Positions 1 through 11,075 of a stretch of 64,000 nt of DNA are shown one piece after another. A model generated the notes under the pieces. It had not been told where the DNA came from and did not search any database. It was given only the letters and a program-made list of their open reading frames with translations. The stretch is from Nitrososphaeraceae archaeon (GTDB lineage: Archaea > Thermoproteota > Nitrososphaeria > Nitrososphaerales > Nitrososphaeraceae), in assembly GCA_035250975.1 (NCBI GenBank), contig DATFEP010000025.1, positions 20,835-84,834 on the forward strand. The letters are read 5' to 3'. A program made the position numbers and the translations under genes. How positions within the stretch are numbered: position 1 is the stretch's first letter; each line of letters begins with the position of its first letter.

Positions 1-1356
1 CATTCTAACCAGTGGTTCAGTTCCACTTGGCCTTATCATTATCCATGTTTCTTCATCGATCCATAACTTTGCTCCGTCCAATGTATCAATTTTCATGGGA
101 TTTCCATGTTCTATACATTTGGTAACTATTTTATCTGCAACTTCCTTTGAGGCACAGTTGAACTTTGTTTTATATTGTGAAATATTTCTCAAAGAACCTA
201 TTAGATCAGAAAATGTTTTGAGATTTATTTTCCTGTTATTTTGTCTACCAATACCAGAGGTATTGACCTTAGAATCAAAAGAAATATTGTTTGCTAGCAT
301 CTCTAGAATCAATGTAGTTGTCATTGCGCCGTCTCTTACGTGATTCATTTTTCCGTACATGAAACCTCCATTTTCTTCTAACCCGATTATAGCATTCCTT
401 TTTAACATCTCTCTTGATACCTCTACACTTCCAACCTTTGTGTATATAACTTTGGAACCAAGTTCTTCAGCTACAAAGGAAACATTCATTGAAGTATTTA
501 TTGGACAGATAATTTCTGCTCCTTGGTGCTTACTACTTAAGAGATATTTTACTAATATTGCAGCGGTTCTGTCACCAGTATGAACGATCCCCTTCTCATC
601 ACAGAAGATACTTCTGTCTCCGTCGCCATCATACGCTACTCCCAAGTCCGCATTTGTATCTGTTACCATATTCGATAGACTACCTAGATTTTCAACTGTA
701 GGTTCGGGACCTCTTCCTGGAAAATCTCCATCGATATCACTATGAATGGTAGTAACCTCACAACCAAGGTTTTCCAAAAGATATGGCGCTACGAGAGACT
801 GGACGCCATTTCCTAGGTCAAGGACAACTTTAAATGATCTAGATCGTATTTTTTCAGCATCAACCAATGCAAGAACTGCGTCCATATACTCCTTTGTAAC
901 GTTATTGTCTATGTAGGTCTTATGTGTACCATTAATCTTTGCAAATTTTTTCGAATAAAAAATTTCTTCAACCTTTAGTTCATCCTCCCTTGATATTTCT
1001 ACACCTTCTTTTGAACAGGGCTTAATCCCATTGTACTCTTGAGGATTGTGAGAAGCTGTGATCATTATTCCACCGTTACATTTCTTACTCTTTATTGCAT
1101 ATTGAAGACATGGGGTCGGAACCTGTCCTGCAAAGATGACATCCAAACCTCCCGAGTTTAAAGTGGCCGTAACAACATTTGAAAGGATGTGACCTGAATT
1201 TCTTCCATCATATCCAACCATTATTGGTCCCTTGACAAAATAGGTCGATAGTGCATAGGTCAAATCCATTGCCAGTTCAAATGTCAATTCCTTTCCATAT
1301 ATTCCTCTAACTCCATTTGTTCCAAATAGCCTTTTTCTAGGGACGTCTTGTGTCAA
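1..1356 (-). CDS. glmM: Phosphoglucosamine mutase / phosphomannomutase family (3' end runs off the window)
   Basis: Manual translation from TTG at 1356: LFGTNGVRG, ITASHNP phosphoserine loop, DGDGDR metal loop, GLEENGG, RPSGTEP. Not in the ORF track because the stop lies outside the window. Confidence 0.9.
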   Translation of the reverse strand, partial: MTQDVPRKRLFGTNGVRGIYGKELTFELAMDLTYALSTYFVKGPIMVGYDGRNSGHILSNVVTATLNSGGLDVIFAGQVPTPCLQYAIKSKKCNGGIMITASHNPQEYNGIKPCSKEGVEISREDELKVEEIFYSKKFAKINGTHKTYIDNNVTKEYMDAVLALVDAEKIRSRSFKVVLDLGNGVQSLVAPYLLENLGCEVTTIHSDIDGDFPGRGPEPTVENLGSLSNMVTDTNADLGVAYDGDGDRSIFCDEKGIVHTGDRTAAILVKYLLSSKHQGAEIICPINTSMNVSFVAEELGSKVIYTKVGSVEVSREMLKRNAIIGLEENGGFMYGKMNHVRDGAMTTTLILEMLANNISFDSKVNTSGIGRQNNRKINLKTFSDLIGSLRNISQYKTKFNCASKEVADKIVTKCIEHGNPMKIDTLDGAKLWIDEETWIMIRPSGTEPLVRM

Positions 1357-1425
1357 TTAAATTCCAATATCTAATTAATTTAAGAATAGATAAATTTGGC
1401 TGTTTTAAATTGAAATTTAATTGCT

Positions 1426-1584
1426 GCGGGGATTGCCAAGCCTGGCCAACGGCGCAGGTCTATCAATCGTCATTCCATGGTTGGTGGTGCGAAGCTTAGA
1501 ATGAATTGGTCAGCGTATTATCAATGATCATATCCTATAACCCTGTTCCTCAGGGATTCGTGGGTTCAAATCCCACTCCCCGCA
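1426..1584 (+). tRNA. tRNA-Leu(TAG) with two introns (30/31 at 1459-1493; 37/38 or 38/39 at ~1501-1540)
   Basis: Acceptor GCGGGGA/TCCCCGC-A, D-arm GCCAAGCCTGGCCAACGGC, long variable arm, T-loop GGTTCAAATCC. Removing both inserts gives CAGGG-CTTAGAA-CCCTG. Intron 1 has a BHB helix CGCA/TGCG. Confidence 0.88.
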
Positions 1585-1964
1585 CTTTATTCTTCAATAC
1601 TGAAATGTTCCATTAATGGATAAACACATAATTGCGAATGACATATATATTTGCAATTTCCATTCCAAGGCAAATAATAATTTTCATAGATTTCATAAAT
1701 GGATGTTTGTTTTGTTTTATTCTCTGGATATATAATGAATACCTTGTAATAAAGTACCTCCAAAATGGCAACGATTACAACGAACTTAAACCTTTTAAAA
1801 CACCAGTCCAAATGAGTTCTTTCAGATGAAAAACGCTTGATATACGAAAACCAGAATAGTAAAATTTACTATAACATTCAAGGAAAAATAGTGATAATAA
1901 CATTTTACTCTCCCAATCCAATGATTTTTTTTGATGTAAAAAAATCAGAACATGAAAACTCTCA

Positions 1965-2468
1965 TCAACTATTTAGTTTTATCCTTAAATTTTCTAACTT
2001 TATTCCGATATCCTTGATAGTGTTTCCAAAATTACCTAATATCTCTCTTGTATCGATATTCATAGATGTCGAGTTCATTCCTGATAATTCGATAAATTCA
2101 TTACCAATTCCAATTATTTCGTTACTTGAATTTTTCCATGCGTCATTGGCTTTATCTAATTCATTAACACCCTCGTCTATCTTGCCCTGAATGAAATACT
2201 GAGAGCCTAATGATAAATGCGAGGAAACAGAATCAAAATCGATCCTATTCTTTATTTCGTTACTTAACTGGTTAAAATTTTCTTGCAGGTCTAGTCGAAC
2301 AGATTCCATTCCTCTTATGAAGTCTTGAAGTTTTTCTTTTCCGTCCTTGAGAGTCATAGATTGTGCATAAACACCTTCAAAATAAAGGATTAAAGTTGAT
2401 GATATGAGGGTTAATGCTATCAGAAAAATTGTATATATATTTTTATACACTTTCAAAGAAATCACCAC
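1965..2468 (-). CDS. Hypothetical secreted/membrane-anchored helical protein
   Basis: 167-aa ORF with hydrophobic N-terminus ending in VYA-Q signal-like site. Confidence 0.7.
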   Translation of the reverse strand: MVISLKVYKNIYTIFLIALTLISSTLILYFEGVYAQSMTLKDGKEKLQDFIRGMESVRLDLQENFNQLSNEIKNRIDFDSVSSHLSLGSQYFIQGKIDEGVNELDKANDAWKNSSNEIIGIGNEFIELSGMNSTSMNIDTREILGNFGNTIKDIGIKLENLRIKLNS

Positions 2469-2769
2469 CTATTACTATTTAAGATTATATAATACTACGG
2501 CGTTTGAAATCAATTATTGCTTGATTGGTAGGATCAACGTAAATTTTAATGTTCATAAAATGTTGTCGTATCATATATTTAAATAAATCTGTGCGAGTTA
2601 ACTTGATCTGGGCTAAAGAGTAGAATTAAACTAACTCTGTCCAAACATCAAATATATTCATTAATATCTGTGCTTATTTTCTGAATAATCTTCTTTTATT
2701 GGAATCATTTTGTTTTAAGCGGAACTCCGCTAAATTACAATATCTGACCTCAGTAATATTACAATGTCT

Positions 2770-2967
2770 CTATTTACATTGATTGTTATCTTTGTGTGCT
2801 TGATAATGTTGACCACAATAATCTTTACCGCAGTCATAACAATGCCAACCTGATAAAGTATAACAAACACTACATCTTCTAACTGGATTGTTATGGTCGT
2901 AATCTTTTCTGCCTTTTTTTGGACTCGGCTTTAGTTTAGCGCTATTACCCCCTGATCCACGTTTCAT
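2770..2967 (-). CDS. Small basic Zn-finger protein (B-box/AN1-like)
   Basis: CxxC-x5-HCxxC-x4-CxxH-x3-H pattern; GGAG upstream of the ATG. Confidence 0.65.
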   Translation of the reverse strand: MKRGSGGNSAKLKPSPKKGRKDYDHNNPVRRCSVCYTLSGWHCYDCGKDYCGQHYQAHKDNNQCK

Positions 2968-3398
2968 CTAAATCTTCTCCTTACTCAAAATAAATAACCG
3001 ATTGTAGTTTCAAATAATACACATCCTTGTCTATACATGAGGATATTTCGAGGGTTTTCCATATTCTGGATACAACTTTATAGTTTGATTCAAATTTCTT
3101 TAAATATTAACCAATCTATTATATTAGTTTTAGCTTAAATGATCATATACTACAAAAATATTCTTATTTTTATGATGTGCGTTGAAATTTTATTTTAACT
3201 ATATATCATTTTTTGATAAGTAAATTATTATTTCGAATTAGTTTATAAAATAGGAATTAATGTCTAGAGGAAAAGAATCTGATTTATAGAAAATGCAATG
3301 AATGATTTAAAAAATATCTAATGTTTTGTATCTATAAACGATTCCTCAAAAGAATTCTGACGTGAGGTAACGTTTTAATATGCTATATTTTGTAGAAA

Positions 3399-3424
3399 GA
3401 TGGATGATCCCAAAGGGTGATATT
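3399..3424 (+). promoter_or_regulatory. Putative kink-turn in the rpl7ae 5' UTR (L7Ae autoregulation)
   Basis: GATG-GAT-GA-TCCC-AAA-GGGT-GA-TATT gives tandem G-A pairs with a 3-nt bulge; TATA-like TTTTAATA at 3373-3380. Confidence 0.6.
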
Positions 3425-3429
3425 AACTA

Positions 3430-3834
3430 ATGAGTAAACCGTATTATGTTAAATTTCAAGTTCCAAAGGATTTAGTAACAGCTATTTACGAGGCAGTTAG
3501 AGTTTCTAAAGAAAGTGGAAAAGTAAGAAAAGGAACAAATGAAACAACTAAAGCTATTGAACGTGGAGTAAGCAAATTGGCCGTCATAGCAGAGGATGTC
3601 GAACCACCAGAAGTTGTTGCTCATCTTCCAATTATATGTGAAGAAAGAAACACACCTTATGTTTTTGTGCCGAGTAAACAGCAACTAGGTGAATCTCTTG
3701 GCATTTCTGTAGGTTCTGCTGCAGCTACGATAATAGATGCGGGTGATTCTCAACATATTGTTGACGAAATAATTAACGCTTTAAAGAATCAGAATCCAAA
3801 ATCAGATAAACAACAACAACAAAAACAACAATAG
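3430..3834 (+). CDS. rpl7ae: 50S ribosomal protein L7Ae
   Basis: [28 protein letters not shown]; short poly-Q tail. Confidence 0.97.
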   Translation: MSKPYYVKFQVPKDLVTAIYEAVRVSKESGKVRKGTNETTKAIERGVSKLAVIAEDVEPPEVVAHLPIICEERNTPYVFVPSKQQLGESLGISVGSAAATIIDAGDSQHIVDEIINALKNQNPKSDKQQQQKQQ

Positions 3835-3858
3835 TTAGTTGTGAGGTGAAAATGATCT

Positions 3859-4074
3859 ATGAGTAAGACTGTGGATGAAAAGATAGTTCCTGCCGAAGTT
3901 ATTCAGATTGTTGGTAGGACAGGAATTGCTGGAGAGGTTATTCAGGTCAGAGTAAAGGTATTAGACGGAAAAGACAAGGGAAGGATACTCACGAGAAATG
4001 TAAAAGGCGCTGTTCGCATGAATGATATTCTTATACTTCGAGAAACAGAACGCGAGGCAAGAAAGATCAAGTAA
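3859..4074 (+). CDS. rps28e: 30S ribosomal protein S28e
   Basis: [14 protein letters not shown]...[13 protein letters not shown]; conserved operon position. Confidence 0.96.
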   Translation: MSKTVDEKIVPAEVIQIVGRTGIAGEVIQVRVKVLDGKDKGRILTRNVKGAVRMNDILILRETEREARKIK

Positions 4075-4143
4075 TAACAAAAGTGGTGGAACCGTAACGT
4101 TATTAAATTATAAACAGCTACAATGTGTTTTAGGTAACTAAAA

Positions 4144-4359
4144 ATGAGTAGAACAGCTGCATCTTTACGTAATTGTTTCTTCTGTGGTGAACGTATTCAG
4201 TCTGGAACTGGTATTATGCTAGTCAAAAATGATGGCTCCATTCAATGGACCTGTTCAAATAAATGTAAAAAAAATCTTAGAATCCTAAAAAGAGATCCTA
4301 GGAAATTCAAATGGACAAAGAAATACGTAAAAGGCGGGTTAAAAGCCTCTAAAGGATAA
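4144..4359 (+). CDS. rpl24e: 50S ribosomal protein L24e
   Basis: CFFCG...GTG...CSNKC...PRKFKWT. Confidence 0.96.
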   Translation: MSRTAASLRNCFFCGERIQSGTGIMLVKNDGSIQWTCSNKCKKNLRILKRDPRKFKWTKKYVKGGLKASKG

Positions 4360-4443
4360 AGCGTATAGCTAAATAAATAACTATAATCATTAAAGGAAAA
4401 AATAAAGCTTAGTTTCGAAAAAATAATAATAATCAAAATAGAG

Positions 4444-4869
4444 ATGAATTTGATGTCTGAACAAACGTTAATTGTTATTAAACCAGATGCGTTTTCCAGA
4501 AAATTGACTGGAAAAATCCTGGCACGATTTGAAGATAAGGGTTTTGTTATAAAGCAACTAAAAACTTTTAATTTTACAAAAGATGTAGCAGAAGCGTTTT
4601 ATTCTGCACACAAAAATAAACCATTTTTCCGCGACCTTGTCGCTTTTATTTCATCATCTACGGTGGTATCTTGCATTTTAGAAGGTGAAAACGTTATAAA
4701 CACTGTTAGACTTATGATCGGTTCTACTAGATCTTTTGATGCCCAACCAGGTACTATTCGTGGCGATTATGGTCTGGGAGTAACCGATAATATTATACAC
4801 GCGTCAGACTCTTATGAAAGCTTCATAAAAGAGTCGCAAGTCATTTTTGATAGTAGTATACCCAAGTGA
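4444..4869 (+). CDS. ndk: Nucleoside diphosphate kinase
   Basis: TLIVIKPDA, PGTIRGDYG, NIIHASDS active-site motif. Confidence 0.97.
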   Translation: MNLMSEQTLIVIKPDAFSRKLTGKILARFEDKGFVIKQLKTFNFTKDVAEAFYSAHKNKPFFRDLVAFISSSTVVSCILEGENVINTVRLMIGSTRSFDAQPGTIRGDYGLGVTDNIIHASDSYESFIKESQVIFDSSIPK

Positions 4870-6719
4870 ATTTAAGGCAGCCCGTTGTTGTAGTTTTGGG
4901 TCACGTAGACTCAGGAAAGACCTCATTGCTAGATAAAATTAGAGGAACAGGAGTCCAAGCTAGAGAGGCAGGGGGAATCACACAACACATCGGTGCGAGT
5001 TTTTTTCCAATTGAAACGATAAAAAAAATAACAGGAGTTCTATATGAGAAACTTGCCAAAGCAGATGAAAAGATTCCTGGTCTATTGTTTATCGATACTC
5101 CTGGACATGAAGTCTTTGCAAATCTTCGAAGTAGAGGAGGTTCTGCTGCAGATATAGCTATTGTCGTAGCAGATGTGAACAAAGGATTTGAACCTCAAAC
5201 GCTTGAAAGTATTGAGATTTTAAAGAAAAGAAAAGTTCCGTTCGTTGTAGCGCTAAATAAAATCGACATGATCTCAGGCTGGAGAACATTAGGAGTGACA
5301 GGAAAAAAAAGTTCAAAAAAAACAATCGCTAGCACCCGTTATAGTAATAAAGATATCAAATTACCATTCATTACTGAAGAGATAAAAGATCAAGACGCGA
5401 ACATTCTTACACAATTAGATGAAAAAATTTACACAGTTGTGGGATCTCTTTCGAGATTAGGATATACCTCTGAAGCATTCTGGAGAGTAAAAGAGTTTGA
5501 TAAGGAACTTGCAATAGTTCCTATAAGTGCTGTTACTGGGGTTGGGATACCAGAACTCTTGACGGTATTAGTTGGACTAACCCAGCAATATATGAAAAAA
5601 AGATTAGAACGACGATCTGATCAAGTAAGGGGAATAGTTCTTGAAGTCAACGAAGAACCAGGCTTAGGACAATCTGCCAACATAATTCTGTTGGATGGTA
5701 CTTTAAGACAGGGTGACATGGTTATGGTTTCTAAACGAGATGAGATTGTAGTAACAAAATTAAAAGCATTACTTCTTCCAAAACTATTAGATGAAATGAG
5801 GGACCCTCGTGATAAATTTAGATCGGTCGACGAAGTTGTATCAGCGGCAGGATTAAAAATTGTCTCTCCAGACCTTGATGGAGTTCTTGCAGGTACTCCT
5901 ATATATGTTGTAAATAGTAAAAGCGAGGAGGAAACAATAAGGTCATTAATAGAATCTGAGGTCAAGGGAACATTCATTAGCAATACAGACTCTAATGGCG
6001 TGATTTTAAAATGCGATACACTTGGTTCTCTTGAAGCTATAATTGATATGCTTAAAAAGGAACATATTCCAATCCAGACTGCAGATATTGGTAATATTAC
6101 GAGGAGAGATGTTCTTGCATCCTATGCGGTTAAAGAAAAGGATCGATATCTAGGTGTGATCTTGGGGTTCAATGTTAAAGTTCTGGAAGATGCGAGTAAG
6201 GAGGCTTTTGAAAGAAATGTTACCATTTTTAATGAAAATATAATATATAATCTAATTAGGTCGTATGCTGACTGGGTTCAGTACCAGCGAGATCATGCTG
6301 ATTCAATAATATTTAATGAAATACCACCAATATGTAAATTCCAATTCATGAAAGGATTTGTATTCCGACGAAACGATCCTGCAGTATTTGGAGCTGAAAT
6401 TCTCGTTGGGAAATTAAGACAAAAAGTTAACGTTATAAACGAAGATGGTGCAAAAATCGGGACGATTCACCAAATCCAAGATAAGGGAAAGAATCTTGAA
6501 GAGGCTACAAAGGGAATGCAGGTTGCGGTTTCGATTCGTGGACCTACTATAGGAAGACAGGTAAACGAAGGTGAAATATTTTTAACTGATCTTTCAAGTA
6601 AACAGGCTAAACTTTTGTCGGAGAGGTTTGAACACAGGTTGAACGAAGAGGAAAAGGATATCTTTGAAACCATTCTCAGACTCAAAAGAGCAAAAGATCA
6701 GGCTTTTGGTTATCTTTAA
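4866..6719 (+). CDS. infB: Translation initiation factor aIF5B (IF-2)
   Basis: GHVDSGKT, GGITQHIGA, DTPGHE, NKID; ndk-infB linkage. Confidence 0.97.
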   Translation: MNLRQPVVVVLGHVDSGKTSLLDKIRGTGVQAREAGGITQHIGASFFPIETIKKITGVLYEKLAKADEKIPGLLFIDTPGHEVFANLRSRGGSAADIAIVVADVNKGFEPQTLESIEILKKRKVPFVVALNKIDMISGWRTLGVTGKKSSKKTIASTRYSNKDIKLPFITEEIKDQDANILTQLDEKIYTVVGSLSRLGYTSEAFWRVKEFDKELAIVPISAVTGVGIPELLTVLVGLTQQYMKKRLERRSDQVRGIVLEVNEEPGLGQSANIILLDGTLRQGDMVMVSKRDEIVVTKLKALLLPKLLDEMRDPRDKFRSVDEVVSAAGLKIVSPDLDGVLAGTPIYVVNSKSEEETIRSLIESEVKGTFISNTDSNGVILKCDTLGSLEAIIDMLKKEHIPIQTADIGNITRRDVLASYAVKEKDRYLGVILGFNVKVLEDASKEAFERNVTIFNENIIYNLIRSYADWVQYQRDHADSIIFNEIPPICKFQFMKGFVFRRNDPAVFGAEILVGKLRQKVNVINEDGAKIGTIHQIQDKGKNLEEATKGMQVAVSIRGPTIGRQVNEGEIFLTDLSSKQAKLLSERFEHRLNEEEKDIFETILRLKRAKDQAFGYL

Positions 6720-7063
6720 TATAATAACTAACCGTACACAATATAATTAACTGATGTAAATGCTATGTTTATTTAATGCTGATCTAAATTAAAATGAATT
6801 TAATATAATAATTTTTATCATATCAGTATTATTATCAATGTCCAAATAAATATTACATGAAACCAAGAAAAACATCATTTGAGGAATAGTTGAAGGAACA
6901 AAAGATCCAGTAGTTCACTAGAATGTTAAAAAAATTTAAATGTTATTGACAGGACTTCAATTTCATTATGTTATACCAGAGAATCAAATACCATTGATAT
7001 AGTGGTATTTTGTTATGTTTTATTTATACCCAGATGTTAAAGTTAGAAATTATGGGCACTCCA

Positions 7064-7273
7064 TTATTTAGACAACCTTCTAAGAATCTCATTATTTATT
7101 TCTTCCAGTTTTATTTGTTCACCCTTTCGTCCTGGAGTTTTCATGATTTGTTGTTTAACCCTTCTAAATTCTTCTTCCAATTTATCTTCATACAAAGAGT
7201 GTTTGCTACGTAATTCGTTAATATACAATATTCTAAATTCTTCTTCTTTTATTTCGTCTAAATTTTCTGACAT
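7064..7273 (-). CDS. Small charged hypothetical protein
   Basis: 69-aa ATG ORF with coding-like composition, TTTAAATA upstream. Confidence 0.55.
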   Translation of the reverse strand: MSENLDEIKEEEFRILYINELRSKHSLYEDKLEEEFRRVKQQIMKTPGRKGEQIKLEEINNEILRRLSK

Positions 7274-7874
7274 AATATATATATTATATTTGATACTATA
7301 TTTAAAGTATCTATTTTTTAGAAATTTATTTATTTTAGCTTGATTAATCTTATAAGATTTACAAAGGCAGTTATAAATAATTCAATTTTAACTTTTGATC
7401 CATTTCTTCTATAACTTTTTTTATTTTTATCCTACTTGCCTATATTATATTTCCCCACTTTATTATAATTGAAGTAGTTGTAAAAGTAATTATCTATACA
7501 AATCACAGCAGAGTTGTTACAATTTGTCTAGTAATTTGTTATTAATATATCAAATTGGCATCCGGATACTATTAATATTATCAAGCCTTTCGACGAATAT
7601 AATTTTTCTTTATATATAATCTAAATTGATTGTATGAGACATACTTAAATCTGCTGATTTGACCTTTTGAGTTTACCAGAGCTGTGTTAACTTAAGGGAA
7701 CCTACTAGCTAAAAATAAAAAATTCGTTTAAAATCGAGTAATAAACAAATTTAAAAATAATATCTTATTTATAATTTCAAAGTTATCATAGTCATTCCAA
7801 GGATATGATTAAAAATATAAAAAGAAATTGAAATAAATACAGTAATATATATACAATAGGACAAATTATATATT

Positions 7875-8078
7875 ATGTCAAGTCTTATCATCGAATCATA
7901 TCAAAATTCAACTGTAAACACAATTCTGGATGACATCGGTAAAAAATACACCATTGATACTTCAAAAGATCGACTAAGCAAAGATGCATCTATTCAAGAG
8001 ATCAAATTTAAGTATAGGACATACTCTGAATGTGTAAAAATGTTGTATAAAAAAGTACAAGATTTGCAGGAAATTTAG
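7875..8078 (+). CDS. Small hypothetical protein
   Basis: 67-aa ATG ORF with TATA-like element upstream. Confidence 0.55.
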   Translation: MSSLIIESYQNSTVNTILDDIGKKYTIDTSKDRLSKDASIQEIKFKYRTYSECVKMLYKKVQDLQEI

Positions 8079-8350
8079 GTTCGTACCTTCATTAGTTCAA
8101 TGTCACCTGAGGTACAGTTTTGTGAACCGCCAATGTGAGCATGTAAAAGTTCTTTTGCTTTTTCCTTAGATAGCTTTTCCATAGAAATATGGCCACATTT
8201 TTTGCATGTAATAATATAACTCCACTTAATCAAATGTCTAACACTAAGAATGTTTTGTATTATCCTTATAACTGTTATAGAAATATTTGAATAATAGAGA
8301 TACATTTTCTCTGAACATATGAAAATGTATCTGCATAATGTTACTTTCAT
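8075..8350 (-). CDS. Small Zn-binding protein (true start probably ~8233)
   Basis: C-terminal half has CKKC-x16-HAH...C; N-terminal part looks non-coding. Confidence 0.45.
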   Translation of the reverse strand: MKVTLCRYIFICSEKMYLYYSNISITVIRIIQNILSVRHLIKWSYIITCKKCGHISMEKLSKEKAKELLHAHIGGSQNCTSGDIELMKVRT

Positions 8351-9333
8351 TTTCTCTATTAGCCTTCTTCAGCTATATTCTCTGACATTCTCTTTATAAC
8401 ACGGTCTGCTAGAAACCGATATCAATAATCCTTTTGACGTTGACATTGTTTGTTATCTGCCAGTCAACTTTTGACATTCAATCTCGGATTCCTTGTTCTT
8501 GTTTATCGTATTCTCCTGGCTGGAACCTGAGAGTGTTACATTAGATCATTCAAAAAATTGCTGTTTTTTTATTATTGTACTCATCTGAATTGAGTTTGTA
8601 TTTTCTGCAAGGTTCAATAATTGTAATATTTATAGTAAGTGATTTAGTCACAATCCCTTTCTTGCCTCGTGCTGCTTGTACAACCCTCTATAATTGCAGT
8701 AACAGTAGTGAAAACAACCTATTTCAGAGTTCTAATTACAAAGGATTCATACCCAGATAACATCATGTTGGGATAAATCATTATCTACTCTTAAAATGTT
8801 CCTAATAAAATGAATATTAAATAATTCTCTACCTTTCAGGGATTCAAGCAGATAGAAATTATATTTATATTGATAGGTAATTTGTTTTTTATAGGAAGTA
8901 ATACAATACCAATTTTGGATATCTTTCATATACTATTTATTTTCTTATATCGTGAACTTATTCCTTCACAGTCATTGAATATGGAAAACTAAGAGAAGAT
9001 ATTCTAAACCAGTATGGTTTATAATCTAGAATGGTCATCATATATAGCATTTGAAACGAGACCTTTACTTATGAATTCAATCCTCATATTTAATCTAAAA
9101 AATTCATTTTTGGAATATTATTTCAATTAAACAAACCAGAAAATATATTGAGAAATATCTTCTTCTAGCGATCAGGTGTGACTGTTGAAGGCATTTTATC
9201 AGAAAACATGGTTAATTGATGCATTTATTTAAATTCAGCTCGTGTATATAATTTCCTATTTTCAGGTAATGTATCTTGATATAAGTATAATAATGCGGAA
9301 CGCCTATTATAAGGTATAGGATAGCGAAAAAAA

Positions 9334-9510
9334 ATGCCGATGCTTATGTTAAAATGCAAAACCTGTGGCCAGGTTTTTCCAGGACTTTATGTCCCTGAAG
9401 GAAGTACTGATTCTTACAAATCAGCTAATACAAATACTGATACTCTTTATACCTGTTCAAGGGGACATCAGAATAAATATAATTCCCCAGATTATACGGA
9501 TTTGTCATAA
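9334..9510 (+). CDS. 58-aa Zn-ribbon small protein upstream of hflX
   Basis: Manual translation MPMLMLKCKTCGQVFPG...YTCSRGHQNKY; stops 3 nt before hflX; below the ORF-track cutoff. Confidence 0.7.
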   Translation: MPMLMLKCKTCGQVFPGLYVPEGSTDSYKSANTNTDTLYTCSRGHQNKYNSPDYTDLS

Positions 9511-9513
9511 TTT

Positions 9514-10593
9514 TTGAGCCTTACCAAAGTAGTACTAGTATCGTATCCAGATAATTTTAGATTACAGGAAGCTAAAAGTCTAATAGAATCATCATTTGTA
9601 GAAAAAAAATATAAAATTGTGAAAGTGGTTACTCATAAATTTTTAAACCACTCTAAATTTGGTCTGGGTTCTGGTAAAGCAGATGAAATTAAAAATTTAG
9701 TCAAGGAATCCGGAGCGGATCAGATAATTGTTGATGAGCGATTGACTTCTAAACAGACATACAATCTAGAGGACCATACCAATACAAATGTAATCGATAG
9801 AGAGCGATTAATACTTAACATATTTTATTCTAAAGCTACTACGAATGAATCAAAATTGCAGATTCAACTTGCTGAAATTAAATACGAAATGCCTCGGGTC
9901 CGAGAAAGCGCAAGGATTGCTTCAGGAACTGAACGAGCGGGAAAAGGCGGAATGGGTGAGTACGTAGTCGATGTAAAATTTAGAGATCTAAAAAGACGGG
10001 CTTCGTTTATCAAAGAAAAATTAGATAATGCACAACGAAAAAGAGAACTTTATCATCAACAAAGATTGAAAAGTGAAATGCCAGTTATTTCTCTGGTAGG
10101 ATATACTAGTTCTGGAAAAACTTCATTATTCAATCTGTTAACAGATCAAAACAAGGAAATATCAAATAATTTATTCACAACACTAACAACTACGACAAGA
10201 TCATTTAAAATAAACGATAAAGGAATGTTGCTTACAGACACAATTGGCTTTATTAGCAGATTGCCTCATTATATGATCGACGCGTTTAAATCAACATTAG
10301 AGGAATCCATCGCCGCGGACTTGATTTTACTCTTGATTGATTCGTCAGAGCAAATAGAAGATATCAGAATAAAATATAATAGCTGTCGTGAAGTTCTAAA
10401 TGAGCTAAATGTGGATAAATCAAAAGTTCTAATAGTGTTAAGTAAAATAGACAAGGTTAATTCAGATAAAATTGAGGATATTATAAAAGATTTAAGAATT
10501 TCAAATCCAATAGCAATATCTTCCATGAGTGGATATGGAATACATAAATTAAGGACAATAATAGACAAGTATTCAAATAACCACGTAAAGTAA
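9514..10593 (+). CDS. hflX: GTPase HflX
   Basis: IDRERLIL, GYTSSGKT, LFTTLTTT, DTIGFI. Confidence 0.95.
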   Translation: MSLTKVVLVSYPDNFRLQEAKSLIESSFVEKKYKIVKVVTHKFLNHSKFGLGSGKADEIKNLVKESGADQIIVDERLTSKQTYNLEDHTNTNVIDRERLILNIFYSKATTNESKLQIQLAEIKYEMPRVRESARIASGTERAGKGGMGEYVVDVKFRDLKRRASFIKEKLDNAQRKRELYHQQRLKSEMPVISLVGYTSSGKTSLFNLLTDQNKEISNNLFTTLTTTTRSFKINDKGMLLTDTIGFISRLPHYMIDAFKSTLEESIAADLILLLIDSSEQIEDIRIKYNSCREVLNELNVDKSKVLIVLSKIDKVNSDKIEDIIKDLRISNPIAISSMSGYGIHKLRTIIDKYSNNHVK

Positions 10594-11075
10594 CAATCTT
10601 GATATTAATTTTTTATATTTGGATTCTTAAAATATACTTTTAAAAAAATATTATGAGAAATTGTAGGAATCTGATTTCATTAGAATTGAGTGCTCACATT
10701 CCTGGCAAGGTTTTAGAATCAGAACTTGAAGCAACACTCTAATTGGTATCGAGTCAATTGCAATTAAATATAATGTAATTGGTGATGTATTAAAAACAGG
10801 GTTTGAATCTGTTTCTGATAGAATCGTTGAAGGAAAAATACTATTAAGAAAGTATGATCAATAGTCGCAAAAACAAAAATAGTCCCATCAACAATCATTT
10901 CTTTCAATATTTGATTATTTAATAGCAAACTTCACCAACTTGACAGAGCAAGTATAAAATCTTAATATATTTGATTGGATTATATATAAACGTAGTAATT
11001 AGAAATAGAAAAATTCCAAATGTTTGTAATTAATTTATTGCTTATTACCTATAAAATTAATGAAGAGAAGAAAAA

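Noticed and set aside
95-583. Plus-strand ORFs 95-343 and 359-583, and similar antisense ORFs throughout (e.g. 4901-5182, 18090-18575, 37197-37619, 45951-46409)
   Set aside because: Shadow frames opposite well-supported genes, with no motifs of their own
8290-8930. Possible decayed transposase or gene remnant on the minus strand
   Set aside because: Coding-like texture but many stops, no TIR/TSD and no motif I can identify with confidence
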